A DNA stretch of 63,983 nucleotides, the filler included, from Octopus bimaculoides (lineage: Eukaryota): assembly GCF_001194135.2 (NCBI RefSeq). It is 11 parts of 10 records of this genome, joined end to end, with 100 filler letters (N's around TTAATTAATTAA, not from the genome) between each part and the next. Parts side by side here need not be neighbours in the genome. Positions count along the whole stretch, not along the records: positions 55,901 to 63,983 come from NC_069007.1; 10 more parts are not named here. One strand, given 5' to 3'. Below the pieces are notes generated by a model that was not told the DNA's origin, ran no database searches, and saw only the letters and a list, made by a program, of their open reading frames with translations. Each line of letters starts with the position of its first letter. The stretch's first letter is position 1. This document shows, one piece after another, positions 63,840 to 63,983 of this stretch. Both the position numbers and the translations under genes were made by a program.

Positions 63840-63983
63840 GTAGTGGTTGTTGTGTTGGTGGGTGTGGTGGTAGTGGTGCTGGTGGTAGTGGTGCTGGTGG
63901 TAGTGGTGGTGGTCGTGGTAGTGGTGGTGGTGGTAGTGGTGCTGGTGGTAGTGGTGCTGGTGGTAGTGGTGCTGGTGGTAGTG
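63840..63983. repeat. (GGT)-based repeat with GGTAGTGGTGCTGGT units
   Basis: Direct inspection; runs off the window end. Confidence 0.85.

Noticed and set aside
63840-63983. Possible mucin PTS coding (TSTTT repeats)
   Set aside because: Thr-rich only on the strand opposite the VWD gene; no splice context; typical local trinucleotide repeat.

Overview
AT-rich animal genomic DNA from a gapped draft assembly. It is dominated by microsatellites and short interspersed repeats whose motifs I recognise as octopus-type, so the taxon (Octopus/coleoid cephalopod) is an inference. Nearly all ORFs in the supplied track are artefacts of microsatellites or N gaps. The only well-supported host coding sequence is a pair of + strand exons (57435-57602, 58396-58636) encoding the end of a von Willebrand factor type D (VWD) domain and a following C8 domain, i.e. 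a mucin/vWF/hemolectin/SCO-spondin-class protein. The track misses the first exon and only partly covers the second. The rest is a transposon landscape: two abundant tRNA-derived SINE families (here A and B, about 30 pieces), three other SINEs, RTE, CR1-like and R4/Dong- or CRE/HERO-like LINE remnants, a Gypsy LTR+PBS+gag remnant, and hAT and mariner MITEs. The most notable signal is a set of four minimal type I hammerhead ribozyme motifs of the Penelope-like (PLE) kind. Two lie on the sense strand on either side of the VWD-C8 exon pair. One of these has a greatly extended helix II and sits in a 254-bp direct-repeat unit, suggesting a retrozyme-like or tandem pLTR unit. TTAATTAATTAA inside ten 100-bp gaps is an assembly spacer. 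No rRNA, bona fide tRNA or CRISPR array was seen. Repeat boundaries were read by eye and are approximate unless TIRs or TSDs are given.
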